A DNA stretch of 20,682 nt from Gemmatimonadaceae bacterium. GTDB taxonomy: Bacteria > Gemmatimonadota > Gemmatimonadetes > Gemmatimonadales > Gemmatimonadaceae. Numbering within the stretch: the stretch's first letter is position 1; the number at the start of each line of letters is the position of its first letter. Below, piece by piece: positions 16,323 to 20,682 of the stretch. The stretch spans positions 1 to 20,682 of the forward strand of contig JANRJP010000092.1 of the NCBI GenBank assembly GCA_033763905.1, in the 5' to 3' direction. A program made the position numbers and the translations under genes. Under the pieces are notes generated by a model. It was not told the DNA's origin, did not search any database, and was given only the letters and a program-made list of their open reading frames with translations.

Positions 16323-19300
16323 TCAGTTCGGGTTCGCGCGCGTCGTCCGGCGGCGCAGCGCCTCGCGGCGTGCATCAGCGCGGGCCGAGCCGGGCTTGGC
16401 CGCGTCCGTCGTGCCGTCACCGGCCAGATGCTGCGCCAGCGAACCGACCGTCGGGAAGCGGAAGAGGTCGGTGATGGTGATGTCGCGCTGCAGGGCGGCC
16501 TTGAGCTTGGCGTGCACCTGCACCGCGAGCAGCGAGTGCCCGCCGAGATCGAAGAAGTTGTCCTTCGTGCCCACGCGCTCGACGCGCAGCACCTCGGCCC
16601 AGATGCTCGAGATCGTGGCTTCGAGCGACGACGTGGGCGCGACGTACGCGACGGCGGACGGCGCCTGCATCGCCTCGGGCGCCGGCAAGGCCTTGCGGTC
16701 CACCTTCTTGTTCGGTGTGCGCGGCAGATCGGGGAGCACCACCAACTGCGCCGGCACCATCCAGTCGGGCAACTCGCCGCGAATGCGTTCACGCACGGCG
16801 TTCACGTCGATCGTCGCACCATCGCGGGCCACGAGGTAGCCGACCAGCCGCTTGTCGCCGGGCACGTCTTCGCGCGCGATCACGACCGCTTCCCGCACGG
16901 CCGCGTCGCTCCCGAGGCGGGCCTCGATCTCGCCCAGCTCGATGCGATGGCCGCGAATCTTCACCTGATGGTCGAGCCGGCCGAGGAACTCGAGCGTGCC
17001 GTCGTCGCGCCACATCGCGAGGTCGCCGGTACGGTAGACGCGCGTGCGCGGCACACCGGGGGCCTCGAACCACACGAAGCGCTCGGCACTCAACTCGGGT
17101 CGCGCGTGATACCCGCGCACGACACCCGCCCCACCGATCATCAGCTCGCCCGGGATGCCGGGCGGCACCGGCTGTCCGTTCGCGTCGGCAATGAAGATCG
17201 TGGTGTTCGCGATCGGCGTGCCGATCGACACCGGACCCTCGTCCACTTCGACGACGCGCTGCGTCGTGGACCAGATCGCCGTTTCGGTGGGGCCGTACAT
17301 ATTGTGCACTTCGCCGGCGACGAGCTGCCGCAGCTCGCGCGCGAGCGCCGGCGGGAACGCTTCGCCGCCGATCATCACCTTGCGCAGTCGCTGCACGGCC
17401 TGACGGCCTTCGGGCGTCGCGAGCAGCATCGCCGCCATCGACGGCGTGCACTGCAGGTGCGTGACCGCGTGCCGCTGCACGAGCGCCGGCAGTGAGCGGT
17501 CGTCGGTCGGCCGCACGTCGGCGGGGACGCCGGTCATCTGGCGCAGCTTGTTCAGGTGGTACAGGTGCGCCAGCGCCAACTCGGAATCGATGCCGAAGTC
17601 GATCAGGCACGCGATCTCGTCCACGTCGGCGCCCTTGACGCGATCCACCATCCCGGCCGCGCGCTCCGGCGTCCCGAAGATCCCGCTCGTCTCGTAGTAG
17701 CGCTCGAACGAGTACGCGAGCAGGGCCTCCATCTCGTCGGGCGCGAGCGCGTTGAGATCGAGGTCCGAGGTCGTACCGTCCGATCGCTTCTTGAGCGCGG
17801 GGAAGGTATCGGCGTACTGCTTGACGAGACCGACCGACGTGCGAAGGTACGAGGTCAGCGGACCGCGCACCGTGTCCTTCACGCGGTCTTCGTCTTCGCC
17901 GACGAAGGTGTGCAGCATCAACGAGACGTGGCCGCGCCCCGGGTGCCCCGCGGCTCGCCAGGCCTCGCGGTAGATCGCGATCTTCCCCTGGAGCTCCTCG
18001 AGACTCTGCCCGAGCAGGTGCGTGAGGAGGTTGAGCCCCGCCTGCCCCGCCAGCCGGTACGACTCCGGGTTGCCGGCCGTCGTGTACCACACGGGCAGCT
18101 TCGGCTGAATCGGCCGCGGGAGGGTGCGCAGCTCGACGGTCTCGCCGTTGGGTGCCTGAAACGGCAGCGACTCACCGCGCCACAGGCGCTGGATCGTGTC
18201 GATGTCCTTCAGGAACTGATCCTTCCCGCGGTTGTAGCCTTCGGGACGCAGCACGAAGTCGTTCGGCTGCCACCCGGTGGCGAACGACACGCCCACTCGG
18301 CCGCCCGAGAGGTTGTCGACCAGCGACCATTCTTCGGTGATGCGCAACGGGTGATGCAGCGGCAGCACGCACGACCCGGCGCGAATCTGTACGCGCTCGG
18401 TAATTGCCGCGATCGCCGCCCCCGTCACCGACGGATTCGGATACAAGCCGCCGAACGCGTGGAAGTGACGCTCTGGCGTCCAGACCGCCGAGAAGCCGTT
18501 GCGATCGGCGAAGCGGGCGCCTTCGAGCAGCAGGCGGTACTTGTCGCGCGCGTTTTCGTTCTCGTCCGCCGAGAAATAGAAGATCGAAAACTCGATACCG
18601 CGGTTGGCGTGCTGCGGTCCGCTGGCCGCGCCGTGCGCACCCGCCTGCGCCCCGGCGTGCGAGTCGTCGGCGAGCACCACGCTGAAGCCCCGCGCGAGCG
18701 TCCAGCAGAGTTCGAGCACCGAGATGTCGAAGGACAAGCTGGTCACGGCCAGCCAGGTGCCCGGGACGCTGTCGCCGATGCGCGCGTCCATCCCCGCGAA
18801 GAAGTTCACCACGTTGCGGTGCTCGACATCGACCCCCTTGGGCAAACCGGTCGAGCCCGAGGTGTAGATGCGATACGCGAGGTGCTCCGGCCGCGCCGAG
18901 CCCGACACGTTCGCGTCGTCGGCCTCGGTGGTGGCGCCGCGCTGCGACTCCATCGCGATCACGCGTCCGGTATACCCACTGAACTGCGCCGCGAGGGAGG
19001 AGGTGGACACCAGCACCGCCGCGCCGCTGTCCTGCAGCATGTACTGAATGCGCTCCGCCGGATACGAAGGATCGAGCGGGACGTAGGCGCCGCCGGCCTT
19101 GTGAATGGCGAGCACGGCGACGACGAGCTCGGTCGTCCGCGGGAGGCAGAGCCCCACCGGCTGATCGGGACCGATGCCCGCCTGCTGCAGCACGCGCGCC
19201 AGGCGGTTCGCGCGACGGTTGAGTTCGCGATACGTGAGCGCGCCGTCGATCGCGTGAAGCGCGATCGAGTCGGGCGCACGCTGCACGCGCGCTTCGATCT

Positions 19301-20682
19301 GGTGATGAATGCAGGCCGGCGCCACGTCGACGCTCGTGGCATTCCAGTCGTGCAGCACGCGCGTGATCGCCGCCGAATCCATCACCGGCATCTGCGCGAG
19401 ATCACTCGTCGGCGTTGCGCGCAGTCCGTCGAGGAAGGCGCGGAAGCCGTTCCCCAACCGCTCGAGTTCGGCGGCGCTGTACCGCGACCCCGACGCACGC
19501 ACCAGCACCGCCTGCTCCGACGTCGACACCACGAAGGTGAGCTCGGCAATCGGGGTGTGGCTTGCGCGCGCGAGGACATCGACGCGCTCGATCCCGACGG
19601 GGAGCGACAGCGCGCCCTGCTTGCGGAGGGCCGGATACCGCAGCGGCACCGAGCGAGCGAAGGTCAGGTGGCGCCGCTCGTCCTCGATGCCAGCGGCGAT
19701 TGTGTCGACAATCACGTCCGCCGTCGACAAGTCGCTGACGTCGACGCGGAGCGGCACGCGGTCGGTGAACCACTGCTCGGCGGCCGCGACGCACTCGACG
19801 ATCGTCTCGTCACGCCACGCGACGTCGAATCGCCGATGGCCAGAGAGCCGAACTAGGTACGCGGCGACGGCAGCGGCGACCTGATCACCCAAGGCACGCC
19901 CCGGCCGCGACCAGCCGGCCGTCTCGAGATTCGTCGGGAGCGAGACGCGGTGCGTACGCGTGCCGGTGTTCCGCGCGGTGGCGCCGGCCGCGGCCAGGAC
20001 CAGCGGCTCGACCGCGGAGAGGCGATTCACCCACCACGCCTCGTGCCGCAGCACGCGGCGGTTGATCGCATCGACTCGGCGCAGCGCGGCATCGGGCGCA
20101 TCCGGCAACACGATGCCGACCCCGACCCCGTGCTGCGCGGCGGCGCTCGCGGCGTCGAGCGACAGGCCATCAATAGTATGGAAGCCCGATACCCGCACAT
20201 CCTGCGTCGCGGTGGCGATCGTCCAGCCATCCGGCGTAATGGCGCGCACCGTGCCCGGCACCGCGCCCGCAGAGTCGCCGAGCACGGTCAGCTCAAGGAC
20301 GACCACCAGACCGGCGGTCGTGAAGATCTTGGGGACACCCACCGGGTTGGCGTAGGTGCCGTGATCGAGCGCACGCACCAGCGCGTCGAGCTCCGCGGCG
20401 GGCTTGCGCCACTGCAAGAGCGCGCGGCCGGCCGGCCGGTCCGAGGCCAAGTGGCGCGTCGCCGGATCGATCGGCTCGATCCGCTCGACGGCGTGTCCGG
20501 TCTCGAGATCGACGATCAGCTCGGCGAACGTCTCGGCGCCAATCTCGAAGCAGCGGGCATTGAGGGAGACGACGTGCTCGTCCGGTGCGATCGGGAAGAT
20601 GCGCTGCTTGAGAATCGCGCCCGCATCGGCCTGGTTCGTCATCCGATGCCAGGACACCCCGTGCTCGCGCTGACCGTCGAGA
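16323..20682 (-). CDS. NRPS, 5'-truncated by the window edge: formyltransferase, partial C domain, A domain (Gly-type) interrupted by a luciferase-like monooxygenase, PCP
   Basis: The frame is open to the edge and reads LDGQREHGVSWHRM...DAGAILKQ, typical of Fmt-like formyltransferases. A motifs: LTYREL, YTSGSTGLPKG, SFDIS, NMYGPTE, GELMIGG, YRTGDL, GRLDHQVKIRGHRIELGEIE, PNKKVDR. Monooxygenase: FSIFYFS...WTPERHFHAFGGLYPNPSV. PCP: FFDLGGHSLL. Confidence 0.95.
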   Translation of the reverse strand, partial: LDGQREHGVSWHRMTNQADAGAILKQRIFPIAPDEHVVSLNARCFEIGAETFAELIVDLETGHAVERIEPIDPATRHLASDRPAGRALLQWRKPAAELDALVRALDHGTYANPVGVPKIFTTAGLVVVLELTVLGDSAGAVPGTVRAITPDGWTIATATQDVRVSGFHTIDGLSLDAASAAAQHGVGVGIVLPDAPDAALRRVDAINRRVLRHEAWWVNRLSAVEPLVLAAAGATARNTGTRTHRVSLPTNLETAGWSRPGRALGDQVAAAVAAYLVRLSGHRRFDVAWRDETIVECVAAAEQWFTDRVPLRVDVSDLSTADVIVDTIAAGIEDERRHLTFARSVPLRYPALRKQGALSLPVGIERVDVLARASHTPIAELTFVVSTSEQAVLVRASGSRYSAAELERLGNGFRAFLDGLRATPTSDLAQMPVMDSAAITRVLHDWNATSVDVAPACIHHQIEARVQRAPDSIALHAIDGALTYRELNRRANRLARVLQQAGIGPDQPVGLCLPRTTELVVAVLAIHKAGGAYVPLDPSYPAERIQYMLQDSGAAVLVSTSSLAAQFSGYTGRVIAMESQRGATTEADDANVSGSARPEHLAYRIYTSGSTGLPKGVDVEHRNVVNFFAGMDARIGDSVPGTWLAVTSLSFDISVLELCWTLARGFSVVLADDSHAGAQAGAHGAASGPQHANRGIEFSIFYFSADENENARDKYRLLLEGARFADRNGFSAVWTPERHFHAFGGLYPNPSVTGAAIAAITERVQIRAGSCVLPLHHPLRITEEWSLVDNLSGGRVGVSFATGWQPNDFVLRPEGYNRGKDQFLKDIDTIQRLWRGESLPFQAPNGETVELRTLPRPIQPKLPVWYTTAGNPESYRLAGQAGLNLLTHLLGQSLEELQGKIAIYREAWRAAGHPGRGHVSLMLHTFVGEDEDRVKDTVRGPLTSYLRTSVGLVKQYADTFPALKKRSDGTTSDLDLNALAPDEMEALLAYSFERYYETSGIFGTPERAAGMVDRVKGADVDEIACLIDFGIDSELALAHLYHLNKLRQMTGVPADVRPTDDRSLPALVQRHAVTHLQCTPSMAAMLLATPEGRQAVQRLRKVMIGGEAFPPALARELRQLVAGEVHNMYGPTETAIWSTTQRVVEVDEGPVSIGTPIANTTIFIADANGQPVPPGIPGELMIGGAGVVRGYHARPELSAERFVWFEAPGVPRTRVYRTGDLAMWRDDGTLEFLGRLDHQVKIRGHRIELGEIEARLGSDAAVREAVVIAREDVPGDKRLVGYLVARDGATIDVNAVRERIRGELPDWMVPAQLVVLPDLPRTPNKKVDRKALPAPEAMQAPSAVAYVAPTSSLEATISSIWAEVLRVERVGTKDNFFDLGGHSLLAVQVHAKLKAALQRDITITDLFRFPTVGSLAQHLAGDGTTDAAKPGSARADARREALRRRTTRANPN

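Noticed and set aside
9320..16562. Similar DNA at ~9320-9366 and ~16519-16562 as a dispersed repeat
   Set aside because: Both stretches encode the conserved DNFFDxGGHSLLAV carrier motif, so this is domain homology and not a repeat element.
9078..19856. Long plus-strand ORFs (9078-10844, 12313-13497, 12951-14927, 16287-17495, 17556-19856)
   Set aside because: They are antisense shadows of the well-supported PKS and NRPS genes. High GC makes stops scarce, and the translations have no recognisable motifs.
20655..20657. GTG 20657 as NRPS start codon
   Set aside because: It falls within a formyltransferase motif, and the frame stays open to the window edge.
1..20682. CRISPR arrays, tRNA/rRNA genes, transposases or integrases
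   Set aside because: No spaced direct repeats, RNA-gene signatures or recombinase motifs were seen. Nearly all of the sequence is accounted for by the CDSs.

Overview
GC-rich bacterial DNA containing an exopolysaccharide (EPS)/capsule locus joined to a hybrid NRPS-PKS operon. The left part holds a Wzc-type co-polymerase/tyrosine kinase (+) with a candidate sigma54 promoter, a catalytically degenerate receiver-GGDEF protein (-), and a priming sugar-phosphate transferase (+). From 4774 to beyond the right edge runs a tightly packed minus-strand operon. In transcription order it encodes: an NRPS truncated by the window edge (formyltransferase, half C domain, glycine-type A domain interrupted by a luciferase-like monooxygenase, PCP); a stand-alone condensation domain; a one-module type I PKS (KS-AT-KR with inserted DH, orphan A-subdomain, PCP, no TE); two non-canonical alpha/beta hydrolases; and two GT2 glycosyltransferases. 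My main hypothesis, an inference, is that the assembly line builds an N-formylglycine-derived acyl unit that decorates or anchors a surface glycan. No RNA genes, CRISPR arrays or mobile elements were seen. Domain calls come from reading motifs by eye, and domain boundaries are approximate.
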